Shown piece after piece: positions 13,091 through 26,200 of a DNA stretch of 64,000 bases (position 1 is its first letter; each line of letters starts with the position of its first letter). The position numbers and the translations under genes are program-made. This stretch comes from Haliotis cracherodii (lineage: Eukaryota), in contig NW_027266286.1 of NCBI RefSeq assembly GCF_022045235.1, positions 24,676,001-24,740,000 on the forward strand. Reading direction: 5' to 3'. Below the pieces are notes generated by a model. That model was given only the letters and a program-made list of their open reading frames with translations, had not been told where the DNA came from and did not search any database.

Positions 13091-13373
13091 GAGTGAGTGA
13101 GTGAGTTGGGTTTAACGCCGCTTTTAACAGTATTCCAGTTATATCACGGCGTGTCAGCTTATTGTGGGAGGAAAGCCTGAAGTGATGCAGGTCTAAGACG
13201 TTTACCACTTCAGTGAAACCCACGAGCACGGATATGGTGCTGACAAACCTAGAAACATAATCGGGGCGAACCGGGATTCGAATCCACAATCATAGGTTTC
13301 TGACGTGCCCAAGGGATGCAACTCTGCACAGCGAATCGCGGCGCCTTAGACGACTGGGCCACCCGTGCCCCCC
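13091..13373 (-). mobile_element. SINE family L (tRNA-Leu-like head with long A-B spacing), full length, with TSD
   Basis: TSD agctgattatgagt at 13077-13090 and 13374-13387; head GGTGGCCCAGTCGTCTAAGGCGC...GATTCGAATCCC. Confidence 0.9.
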
Positions 13374-13769
13374 AGCTGATTATGAGTCATCGTCACAAGC
13401 GTGGGGCGTTCCTCAAGCCACATGTAGTACGCACTGATTAACATATGGATAGTATTTGTCGCAGAGCACCGCGATGTCACTGTCGATCATTTCCCAGATT
13501 ACAGTTTGTGTATTATTCATATTCGGGACTCATTGTGACCAACCGATCAATAATTTAGCAGTACTGAATTCTGGGGCATTTTCTGTTCTAGAATCCCAAT
13601 TAACATATATGTGTATGAAGTGTCTTTGGCATTTGTCATGATTAACACATTTTCATTACAACTTCAAATAAGGTATGTTTGCAAAAGACATGAAGAGCAG
13701 TTGGTATTTGTAAACTGACATATATTGTCGCTATCTGGAGGTTCTGGATAAAAAGATCAGTCCCCATCA

Positions 13770-14237
13770 GCTTATGCTTGTTTTATGAGGCGACTCAGTG
13801 TATCGGGACAGGTTCGCTGACTTGGTTGATTACAACATATCATAGCAGCTTATTTGTGTGGATCGATGCTCATCATGTCAGTCACTGGATTGTCTGCTCC
13901 AGACTCGACTACTTTCAGGCCACCGTTATACAGCTGGAATATTGTTGAGTGCGGCGTTAAACAACAAGGCCCGTGAAGATCCGGGGTAGAATAGGCCTTC
14001 AGCAACCCATGCTTGCCGTAAAAGGTGACTATGTTTGTCGTAAAAGGCGACTAACGGGATCGGGTGGTCAGGCTCGCTGACTTGGTTGATGCATGTCATT
14101 GATCCCAATTGCGTGGATCGATGCTTATGATATTAATCACTGGATTGTCTGGTGCAGACTCGATTATTTACAGACCGCCATCATATAGCTGGAATATTGC
14201 TGAGTGCGGCGTTAAACAACAAACCAGCCAACCAACC
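13770..14237 (+). mobile_element. Two head-to-tail SINE family M copies (old 13770-13967, young 13968-14237)
   Basis: The second copy begins GGCCCGTGAAG directly after the tail of the first. Confidence 0.88.
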
Positions 14238-15452
14238 TACAGGCAACAGTGTCAACGCGCCTATTTGAAGGTCTAGGTTCCATTAGACTTCAATACAAAC
14301 TTGTGGACGCGCTTGGCTCAGGAAGATGGTCAGGCAAAAGAGAGCGTACACTTGAAACCAAGTGTGACCAAACAATTACAAACGTTATCAAAACGTAGCT
14401 AGGCCGAAACCCTGCAAAGGTAAGGTCCAAAACAGAACTTTCACACACCTATCAATTACATCACCATCGACTGACCCTTTCACTCACCGCCAAGCAGTGT
14501 ATTACATCTTAAGTATTTCATTAGCCTCACCCGCTGATAAACTATTGTCATCTACAAGTTAACACATACACACAAAGATGATTAGTAACAACTGTTCTAA
14601 AGGCATAAGCACATAGACTCCCCACAGAGTATCTAACCCAACATTCGTCACGTTATGGCTGAAATACTGCTGATGTGACGTTAAATTGTACTCACTCACT
14701 CTAACCCGACATAACAAGCAAATACTAATACAACCAATACAATCAGAAGTTGTGTAAAAAATGATTTCAAACGGTAATTCAGTGGCCAAAAATAAGTACA
14801 ACAGTAGGCACTTAATTTTCAATATTGTCAACACGCGAAAACATTACGATCAGCCCACACTCTACCTCCATCGTCAACTTGCGTCATATTGGACTGCGCT
14901 AACGTATAACGTGTAGCAGGCGCTGGTATCTTGCCTATCAACCATCACTCTGCAACAGACCTGGCAGTCGCTGAGCTATCTCAGCGTCAGCGGTGCACCT
15001 CATTACGTCCAGCACTACGGTTGGAAGAGTTAGTGTACCAAGTCTCCAGTACAACAGCACGCTTTCTCCGGCCATTTCGTGAAGCTTATTCAGTTGGAAT
15101 GGAGTAGCCTAAGCGTTAGGAAACGCCAAAGGGACTATGCTACAACCAGCCCCCCGACCAAGACCTGTGACGATGTGTTGACGGTTTCACGTGTACATTT
15201 TACCAGTGCTTTAATGTAAAAAGTACAATGATTAAGTGCAATGTTCAGTTTGCTTCACCTGTGATTTGTTGGTTGAGAAAAAATGTTCAAGGACACTTAA
15301 TACCAAATTGGAAATAATCAGGATTACGCCCATTGGAATGGTATGGTGTTTGTGCTTCCAATCTTTATTAATTATTGTTAGTTTACTTATATGGTATTAT
15401 ACGACATACGATGGATTGGTTTATAAAGTGGCGTTGTTGTTAAACGGCATGG

Positions 15453-15704
15453 GAACCATGAAGATCCGGGGTAGAATAGGTCTTTAGTAACCCATGCTTG
15501 CCGAAAGGCGACTATGCTAGTCGTAATAGACTACTAACGGGATCGGGTGGTTAGGCTCGCTGACTTGGTTGATGCATGTCATCGATCCTAATTGCGTGGG
15601 TCGATGTTCATGATGTCAATCACTGGATTGTCTGGTCCAGACCGCCGTGATATAGCTGGAATATTGCTGAGTGCGGTGTAAAACAACAACCAAACCAACC
15701 AATC
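15453..15704 (+). mobile_element. SINE family M, with TSD
   Basis: TSD aacggcatgg at 15443-15452 and 15705-15714. Confidence 0.9.
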
Positions 15705-16108
15705 AACGGCATGGATGAATAATCACATCAATCACTAGATTGTGTGATCAAGACTCGATTGTTTAAATAGCCATGGCCATATGGCAGTGGTATTGCTAAA
15801 CAAAATCAAACTTACTTTTTAATGAAACTGTGAGAGTGGCGGATGATATCGGTAAGAAGGACATGCTTACCCATCGAGCTCTTGGGTTCAAAAATAACCT
15901 TTATTCATATAATGTTCATCCCTATTTTGCCTAAACGCCCTATGGAATCTATTTCGGCAGATATTCGAGACTGATTATTCTCTGGCTATGACTTTTTGAA
16001 TGATGCGAGAGGTGAATTAACACGCTCAAAGGGTTGATATATATTCTAATCACAATTTCATTATATTTTGTGTCAGCAAATTATTCATCTCTTGTAATTA
16101 TTGATTTA

Positions 16109-16438
16109 GGGGAGGTGGAATAGCCTTGTGGTTGGAACCGAAGACCAGGGCCCCGCTTCACAAGGCGATCTTAGCGTTAAGACGTTAACTCATATATTTT
16201 GACAAAAACTTAGCGTAGCGCAAAGACGCAGCACAAAGGCGCACTGGCACAAAGCGACCTTAGCTGTACGATGATCGTAACTCACATTCTTTAGCAGTAA
16301 GATCGCTTTGAGCAAGTGGGCTTTTGTTTTCATTCCCCGTATGGGTACAATCAATGACGCCAATTCCTGATGAAATTAGTTCTTATAAGGCTGTGGCAAT
16401 GGTATAAGGAGCGTAAACCCATACTCACTCAACTCACT
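16109..16438 (+). mobile_element. Degenerate SINE family D split by a MITE of about 180 bp (about 16148-16325)
   Basis: SINE head at 16109-16146 and body at 16326-16438; insert has imperfect TIRs GCCCCGCTTCACAAGGCGATCTTA / TAAGATCGCTTTGAGCAAGTGGGC. Confidence 0.6.
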
Positions 16439-16775
16439 AAGATTAAACTCTTATACTCGGAAACGAAATTTGTGTGTGAGTTTGTGAGTGAAAAATGTTG
16501 TCTGTCTTGGTTATCAATCATTCAGGATAAGCTAACAGTGTGAACTAGCTGGACCAGTATTCTCGCGACTTGTAAATTTTCCATGGTGTCTAAATATTGC
16601 CTTACACTATCAAGGTGTCTACCTTGTCTCCCATTGTAGTGTTTCCTTATCACTTGCATCGAAAGTTATACGTTCCATATTTTTTTAAGATTTAAATAAG
16701 CTGTACTACGCAGAAATCACTTCATGCTCACATCCCACAAAAGTATCATTCTTAACAGTGGTTCTGATGTTACTA

Positions 16776-16912
16776 GACCTGTGAAGATCCGGGGTAGATT
16801 ATGTCTTCAGCAACCCATGCTTGCCATAAAAGGCGACTATGCTTCTCGTAAGAGGTGACTAACGGGATCGGGTGGTCAGGCTCGTGGACTTGGTTGATGC
16901 ATGTCATCGTAT
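16776..16912 (+). mobile_element. SINE family M, 5' half
   Basis: Starts GACCTGTGAAG; aligns to the 13968 copy. Confidence 0.85.
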
Positions 16913-18381
16913 GAATGAAGTTATATCAAATTATCAAATTCAAGCGACATCAACCAAAAGAAACTAGAAATGGTCAGCATGCATTTTACACATTTGACGA
17001 GGGAAGCAAAGTAGCCGCTGAACTACCCAGTCGCATATGAGCTGTACATTCTTATGGCCAAACATAATCATCATTGACTATTGATGCTGTCTCTTTGGTC
17101 TTTTGAAGTGTACCGAGGTATCTTTCTCAAGGCATTGTCTGGAATGAAAAAAGGATCTGTATGCACTGATGTTTTTTACGCTGTGATATCTCATTTGAGT
17201 TTATATAGTGATTTCTTTGTCAAAACAGACACTCACTATAAAAAGCATTACCGGTATTGACTTAACAAAAGATATTGTGACATCCAAGTTTCAATCCACA
17301 ATTTCCGCTTGGTGTAAATTCGTATTAAACTCGTCGTAAAATAGGAAATGGCTTTCTTCAGAGATTTTGTATAGTATTTTAAGCTTAAAACAATGGTCTT
17401 AAAACGAATATATTTTGTTATTGGGGTAGCTTTGCGTCTTCAGAGTGGTTTACAATAAATAACATACTATATTATTCATCCCCACTTAACGCAATTGCTA
17501 CTCGAAGAGCTGTCTACCATAGGGACTGTGATCAGTCTTTGTAGTTAATGTATCTCCCTTAAACATCTATTTAGAACTGCATAAATTAACATTCTTGTGT
17601 AAAAACTGGTACTCGTTCTACTGAACTAGCTAAGTGCTCCACGAAAATGTGTTTCATTTGCAGTTGTCAACAACAGACGTTACTTACAACACAAACGCAA
17701 AGTGCTGACGTAGGCATACAACTTCACGCTGCCTACTTTCTCAGCACTGGTTCCTTCACAATGAAGAGCTGTTGGGCCATAGCGTCTTGAAGAATTGTCT
17801 AATTTCTCCGTCTACCGCAGCCTGTCTGTAAGTAAGGAGAGTTGAGCCTACCGACGACAAGTTTGAGACATTCAGTGACGGATGTGGCCCTCAACCAAAT
17901 GGAAAATGTGTGTACAAAATCAGTTCTTGTCTCTTATGCTGATCTTCTATGACTTGTCTCAAGAACAGAGAGGTTTGCGCGTCAGTCGTGGCCAATGAAA
18001 GCAGAATAATGATCATTTGGGCAAAATGATATCAAGCCTCGGTTGAATACAATCTTGTATTGGCAGTTTAAAGGTGCACTCGAGGACGGACATCTTTAAG
18101 AAGCCGGTTTGTGTTAATGAGAATTCCATTTGTGTCGACATATAATAGCTGTGAGCTATTATTGGTCTCAGGATTGGATGACACCGTGGCTTTAGTTTGC
18201 GATCAGTTATCCCATGGTTAACTGTGATATACAGCTGTAATAACCCCGATGTCACACCAAGCAATAAACCAAGGTAATTTGTGCAGTAGAATTGTGTATC
18301 TCCACTGGCGTGTAAATCTTTTTTCTAGGAAGCCAATTCAGATAGATACTTAACGTGTTCACATTTTAAAGAGTATTTACG

Positions 18382-18670
18382 ATGTCTGTGATCGGTAGTG
18401 TGTCCGTTGTGCTCAACTTCAGCAACGTCAGTGACGTCGTTGTCAATAACTTCTCCCTCCAAGACTATATCCTCACCAACCTTGGCTCGAAAAACATGGG
18501 CAGCACAGCCGGCGTCCTCCTCACCATCATCTACAGCCTCATCTTCATCTCTGGCACCATCGGCAACGTCTGCACGTGCATCGTCATCGCCCGTAACTCC
18601 TACATGCAGACGACGACGAACTACTACCTCTTCAGCCTGGCTGTGTCAGACCTTCTGCTGCTGCTGTTTG
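18382..18670 (+). CDS. GPCR coding exon 1 (N-terminus, TM1-TM2)
   Basis: ATG at 18382; MSVIG...SDLLLLLF-G; donor G|GTGAGT at 18671; C-ending codon bias. Confidence 0.95.
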
Positions 18671-20198
18671 GTGAGTTAGCTGTTTACATTTTTTCCTGCT
18701 CTTTTACGTGATTCAAAGCAATGACTTCATAATCACCTTCCGTGAAGATCCTGGTTTGAATTTTTCTTCAGCAGTCCATGCTTGTCATAGGTGGTGACTA
18801 ACGGGTGGTCAGGCTCGCCAGGTTTGGTTGATGCATGTCATCGTATCCCAATTGCGAGGATCGATTCTCGTTATGTTAATCAGTGGCCATTGAGTTCGGT
18901 GTTACACAAACAAACAAACAAACAAAACTCCACATTCGCAATTTGATTGTGTCAGTCAAAGTTTCAGAAAGGTGTTAACTGCCTGATTAGAAAGGTCACT
19001 TGACGCAACCTCCCATGGAAGCGCCCTCCGAATTTCGTGTAGAGGTAGCGTATCGGTGTCAAAGATCTCATTTTAATGAGATTGATACCAGTGTAGCTAG
19101 ACACAAATTTATAACACAAAGTTGGACGTGTGCGACACAATAAATGGCACGTCTAGATACTGTACGAAAATATTAACATACCAGTTATTTTGGTATGAAA
19201 TGCCGGGTATATGAAAGTGTACCCTTGACAATTGGATTTGACCAAAAATTGCAAAATTCAAAACGTTACAATGAAAACGTAAGTTCCAAAACACGTGATA
19301 CCTGTATCCAATACATCACCATCGAATCACAATTTGTAGCTTGTTTTGCATTAGCCACCCTCAAACATGGATGTATATATTTTGTTCTTTTTCCCGGCTG
19401 TTTAGTATAAAGCTGATCAACTGGGTCTCTTTATCCATTGTAATAAAATCACGCCAAGAACAGGGGGTACCGATAGTCTGTATCTCTATTGAACGTGTAC
19501 TGAAGGTTATTATCGGTGACTATCGATATTGCCGTGAATTTGTAATAAATGCCACAACCAACGGCTCAAGCATCCACTAGTGTGACCTCATTGAGTTGAT
19601 CTTCGATATCGTAATCAATGGCTGTAAGTTCTGTGGCCTCATGTTTTTTGTCGCAAATCTCCATCATGGCTGAAGGTAACTTCATAGCAATTTCTTTTTT
19701 AGAATATTATATCCGGGTTTCTTTCTGTTCATTTACTTTTCCACACCACAAGACATTAGTGACTGACCTTTTGATATTCTGTCCCCCAAAACTCCCGAAA
19801 AAATTATGCTTCAGATTGTTGAAAAAAAAATTGTCTGGCACAAAAATACTGTTGCGATGAGTCAGCTTTTCAAATGTACAGGCTTACAGTATTAGTGAGT
19901 GAGTGAGTTAGGTTTAACGCGCTTTTAACAGTATTCCAGTTTTATCGCAGCGTGTCAGCTTAATGTGGGAGGAACGCCCGAAGTGATGCAGGTCTCAGAC
20001 GTTTACCACTTCAGTGAAACCCACGAGCACCGTTATGGTGCTGACAAACCTAGAAACATAATCGGGGCGAACCGGGATTCGAACCCAGCTTACAGTATTA
20101 AGTTATTAAGTTAAACTGTTTCTGGTTTGGCAGCTATAGCTGAACAAATAATCAGTCTGCATACAAACTTAAAAGTCCCCGCCCCTCACTCACACACG

Positions 20199-20244
<46 letters not shown>

Positions 20245-23200
20245 AACACAAACGCAAACGCGCACACACTCCGAATAGGAAGAGATTAGCCCTTTCCAGC
20301 ATATGCGCATGATTTAAGCAGCGTGGGCCTTAAGCTGCAGAGGTTGCAAGTTGTTGCGAAATTAAACATCCTCTCTAAATGCACTGGTGATTCTGAAAGT
20401 TGTTTATGTTGCCTTAAATACTTCTTGTCTCTTCTTTTAAAGACTTGTTTATCCTGGCGTTATTGGATAAAGACAACTACAACTCGTATTTCATGTTATT
20501 TCACCGTCGCCAATGACTAACGAATAGCGTCGGGACATCTCCTTCCTTTGCCGCTTTGTTTACACCGACGCTCGCTAATCTTTCCCTCCTCACGATTGGA
20601 CTTCTGAACTGGATAGCTCTACTTTATGAAATTCACTTTCATCGTAGGTCTAGCAGGGGTATTCTTAATGAATAAATCGTAGTTTCGGGAGCATGCATTG
20701 ATGAGAAGTCTAAGCCATGGGTCTCCGTGCTGCTTGGTATCGAGAAGAGCCATCAATCCCACAGACTTAGATCCGAGACGGCTCAGGGTTAAACGAAGCA
20801 TGGGGATCAGACGGAGTGCCACGTGACGCGACTAATGTTTCTGGGATTCCATGTCTCCAGATATTGGTGCCGAGATGTTAATACATGTCTCAGCACGATG
20901 TGACCCTCTTGGTCCTACTCAGTTGGCTTCACATTTGAGTACTGCAAACTTTTTGGTTGAGAAATGTTGAATGGAGATTGGTTCTGGAGTCCTTTCGTGA
21001 TACGTGTACATACACTTCTTGGTGAGAAATCTATTTTTTATCCGTCTCAAATTTGGAAGAAACGGCTTGGCGAAATGGATACCAAAGTACCAGAAAGTAT
21101 GGATTCCGTATTAACGAGGGTCCAGACTAACGAGTTTTGTCACTGTATACAAACACCTTAAGTGAACCGGTGGGCATGGTTCAAAGGAAGGTCATGGTTA
21201 CGCTACAGAAGGTCGCAACATTCCATTCCAGACATTGGAGCACAGTACTTATTTTATCCTTCAATATACCCGTGTCTCAAATGAAGGACAAAGTCACGAA
21301 ACTGTTACATGAAAACAATTCTGAGGTCATCAATAAAAAAAACTTTCATTGAGCTGAAGATGATGAATATGTTTAAGCACAAGGAACGACGTGATCGATA
21401 AATGATGACCTGGACGTGTAGTATCAAACATTAAACAAATGGTATGTATGTGTCACGTTCGTACAGCTATCAGATATGATACGTAATATAACACAAACTG
21501 TGTGGTTTGGTAGCCAATCGGTTTATGTGTTGGGTCGTCACGCCGAAGAAATGGGTTGAAAATCCGAGCATAGGTCCAATATGTGAAACTCACTTTGTTT
21601 TCCACACTAAGGTGTGGCTAGAATATCACACAAAGCGTCCATTATGTTCATACAGATTATCATATGTTCATACAGATTACCATATGTTCATACAGATTAT
21701 CAAAATATGTGAGAATAAAAGACACGTTGCAAGCTTAATGATTTTCAGCATTTTCCGACAATAACAAATACATGCAAATGTGGAAATGGTTCAATATTTG
21801 ATTAAAAAGCGTTTCTTAACCGATAAACCTATCATGTGAAGCCCTTCTGTCAATCGTTGCAATGAGTAATTTCCTCTCCGACAGCCATATTTGCAGATGG
21901 AAGGCAGACCAATTTGTAACGCAAGACGAGAAACGATTATACACAACAGTTATAATAACTGTGATTGCTGTGTGATTGCCATCATGTCGAAAAGGGAAAA
22001 TTGTACCTTGATGGTTTCCTGAAACAAGTTGTCAACCTGAGTATTGATAAAAGATCAAATTTGTATCGGTTGGTTTCTTAATGTATGATTTCCAGTGAGA
22101 TCGGTGTACGAGTTAGTTGTTAGGCAAGTAATCCAATGCGTTAAGAAATCTATCACTGCTTTTTTATATCACATTGAGAGATTACTCAAATGTAAAAAAA
22201 ACATTAATCGATACACTATGTAATACAAACGCAGTTAAAGTCGTGCTGTGAAGCAGATTACAAAATCGATGCTCAATCACTTGATTGTCGGGTCCAGACT
22301 GGACTTACAGACCGCCGTCATATAGTTGCAATATTGCTGAGTGCAGCGTTAAACAACAAACAAACAAAAAATATATTGCGAATAAATACAGTTAACCGAA
22401 AATTTGGCCTGCTGAGTCGATTTGCTGACACAGATTTTTGCAGTTTCGATGGAAAGAACTGACAGTCATTTATCATCCAATACCGCCCCGTGGGAGATAT
22501 TGCTTTCGCTATGTTAACAAAAACGTCTTGCCATATTATTACTAGACATATCCAGATGTAAATATGATAACGTTGTAAGCGTGTAGCAAAACTAATATTC
22601 TCGCTAATTTGTTCTGTGTCAGGAAAACGCTCTGTTAGAAATGCAATGCAAATGTAAATGGACCATAGCTACCGGTCAGAACATAACTTGTATTCATAGG
22701 ATGATCTTGTTCATGGGCCAGTGGTTTTGATTAATACCAACTGATGTATTTCTTGCGCGCTCTTCGAAGGAGATACCATTTTCTTGCCAAACCAGTGATT
22801 CCACTGACATTAGGGTTAGACAGGGTTGAAACTAAGTGATTCTGTTACAACCAGTTTTTAAACTTCAAAGCACATTCCTTGCATGCGGTTTGAATAGTGT
22901 GGCGGTACCCGGTACAGTACAGTACAGAATTCTTTGGAAGAGGAGCTGTTCGGGAGTGAATGTCCTCGAAACGAGAGTCTCACGAACAAGACTTCCTTTG
23001 CCTCACCACTCCTTTCAAATGCCAGTCATAACCTATCAGTTGTGCCTTATCCTGTTCACAACATGTGTGGCTTAAGACAAAAATAACATTGCTGTCAGTT
23101 ATCCCAAACTATCTACGTTGTGGCATGAGGGGAATATGCAATAGTTTGAAGAATGCACGTAAATCCCAACTCAGGGGCGGTGGGGTAGCCTTGTGGTTGA

Positions 23201-26200
23201 AGCGGTCGCTCGTCATGCCGAATGTTCGATGTGTACATATGTAAAGCCCATTTCTGAAGTGCCCCGCCTTGATAGTGCAAGAATATTGCCCTAAACGGCG
23301 TAAAACTAAACCTACTCACTCAACGAAAGGTAAAGAATATAGCGCCGCCAAGGCACTGAAGCTCACCTTACATTTCAAGTAAACTGTGTGTTACGATGTT
23401 GTGAAATCTTTAGGAATCGAGTTGGGAAGGTGCGGCTCTTACTTGATTGTGTAACGTTGTCTGTCTGGAGTACGAAGACAGCATGATCGTATTGTTATAT
23501 TCTTATACTTCGGAGATGGTAACAAACATTCTAGGGCTTGGACGAGTCCAAATTTACTACCCTGATACCCATCCCCTATTACCCGACCCTACCCGGGTAC
23601 CCACTGCAGTATGTCTCAAGAGATAGGTGCAAATCTCTGCCCTTGACAAAATGTATTAAGATACACGTTTAAAACGATCTGGTCATGCATACACGGAAGA
23701 TGACATATATGTCAGAAGGAATGGTGCATAGTCAGAAAGAAATGCGAACATCAGTGACTTGAAGTGTAACCAAATACATTTTTGTCATTAAACAATATAT
23801 CACATGACTAACCACGGGTTCGGGTAGTCCTGTGAGTACCCGGGTCCTTCTCAGTACCCAACCGACCCGATTACCCGAGTTACCCGTAGCGGCCCTAAAA
23901 CATTCATGTAATGTATCACTGCATTTGGTTTATAAGCATTTTAATGTCCACAACATCTTGCGGTTGATGGTGCCTAAAAGAAACCAATAATCATTGTCCT
24001 TTACAAATAGCTTTAGCCCGGTCAATGTGATAGTCTTCAAATTAAGATTCTCTATTCAATTTAAATAGAACGCTTAATTCTTAATTTAAATTGGAATGAG
24101 AATCGGAACTCCGCCAACCAAAGTATCACCTCCTGAGCATTGTTCTGATTCTTAGAAGACGATGCCTTATCATATTACATCATTGAAATGTTATTTCAAT
24201 TAAAATAATAACCTTTTTAAGTTTCAGCTCTCGGGACATTATGTTTCCGTAGATGATGATTATTGAAGATGTTCAAAGAGCTAAAACTAAACCGTGATAA
24301 ACTTATTACGCACATTCCTTTAATCTAACCTACTCGTTATTGAAGACATATTCATATAATGATCTGTAATGTTATCCACATGACCCTGTTAAAAGCATAT
24401 GGTGAAATTTTATATTACGTTCTGCACCTATTACCAGTTAGCAGTAAATCTCTGAACCGTTTCCTAGTGTACTTATATGAGTCGTGTGTTAGGTATATGG
24501 TCTTTGGAGTCTATAAAAAGCGTTACACCAAAGGCACTACCAGCAACACACACCGTGCTTTCATTACGGGGATAATTGGGATTTAGACGATTGCTCTCAT
24601 ACAGACATGAGTCAATCATGCCCAATTACCTGGAGGAGTAAGACGATATTTCCTACAGCTCTATGTGGGAACTCATTGGTAAGGATATGATCTACAAGGT
24701 AGACACATGCGGTATTCATTTCTCTCTTTCATCGTCTCCACATACAAAGAAATATATGTCCATTTCCATGAATCACCCATCTGCAACACAAGATGTTATT
24801 GTCCATTCAGTGATGGTTATGCATGTTGGTGTTTATTTCTGTCTGATATACTCTACTTTGGAGTAGTGGGTGACCCAGTTCGATATAATTCGCTGTTCAG
24901 CATTGCATCCCTTTAGTGTGCCAGGAACCGGTGGTCTTGGTTTACCAAAGTGGTAAGCATCTTAGACATTACTCATCTTGGGCTTTCCTCCGTCCAATAT
25001 AAAAACTATCCATTCGACGTTAAGACGAAATTACGATCTCACTAACCATATAGGTGATACAGTGCGTTTAAGTATCCATGACAATGCTTAAAGGGGGAGG
25101 TTTGGGGCAATGGGTAGTCCTCGTTGAAGTCATTCATAATCTTTATTTTGTTTGCTAACTATGGATATTATCGTTCTCTTATGTTCTCACAAATGCAGAT
25201 CATGTGAAGATTACAACGTTCCACGGCATACTCAACCTGGTCATACATGATTGCACTTTTATCCCAAAGATATTATCTCACGTCACACCTGTCACTCGTT
25301 ACAGGTCTCGTCTTACACCATCTTCCCAAGGCGAGGCAGTTAACTGACTATAACAACTCAGTTTCCACCCTTGTCGAACTTGGCTGGAATATTGGGTTAT
25401 ATTTTGGCTGGAATACGAGTCTATGCATAGTCTAATCAAAATCGCGGAACGAAATGGACTTTCGGCTCATAAACAACATGGCGACTGCCGTGCAGATTTC
25501 GGTCGATTGCAGAATTTGCAGAGCATGTGTACCGTTAACTGGGCGTGGGCAGATGATTTCCAAATCTTTTCAGGTTTTCAATCAAGGTGCTCAAGTGATT
25601 TTATGTACTTCGTGAGGTAAGATCCATTTTATTACAAACAAGACCTTGATTATCAGTCAGATCGCCTTGCCTAGGCGCCGCCATTTTGTTGGAAGCAGAT
25701 GCGAGTGATATGAGAGGCGGTTTCAGATACAGAGGGACACAGGAGGGACATAACTTGTAATCGCCACTGGTGGTCGAGCCACGAATTTCAAACCTAGTTC
25801 GGCAAGGGTGGAAGCTAGCCTTTTACAGTCAGTTAACTCCATTGCCTTGGGAATATTATCTTACACTCGAAATCGACTCAAAACCATAGAACAATGTTTA
25901 CAGGTTTTTACTCAGAAGTTGTTTGATCAAGGTTACAACATTCAAGGCCTCAGCAAAGCTTTCAAAACATTTTATGGAAGACATGTGGAGGACATTTACA
26001 ACTTTGAGGCATCAGTGACAAAAAAAGATGTCCGATGCAATTCCCTAGTTTGACTAATACAGTATCTTCACGTATTTATTTGTACCAATTGACCTGCCTT
26101 TGCATGTGTTAGTGGCGGGTGCCATCGGTGGGGCAGGATACGCTCACCTTTTTGCGAAAACCTGGTATCATAACAATTTGATAGCACTTCATTAACACAT

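Noticed and set aside
14860-18381. GPCR promoter or non-coding first exon
   Set aside because: CpG-richer patches exist (about 14870-15190 and 17690-18000), but no TSS or splice pair can be supported without transcript data.
20560-21420. Possible decayed transposase or other coding remnant in intron 1
   Set aside because: Composition looks coding-like, but I recognise no motif and the frames are broken. It needs a translated search.
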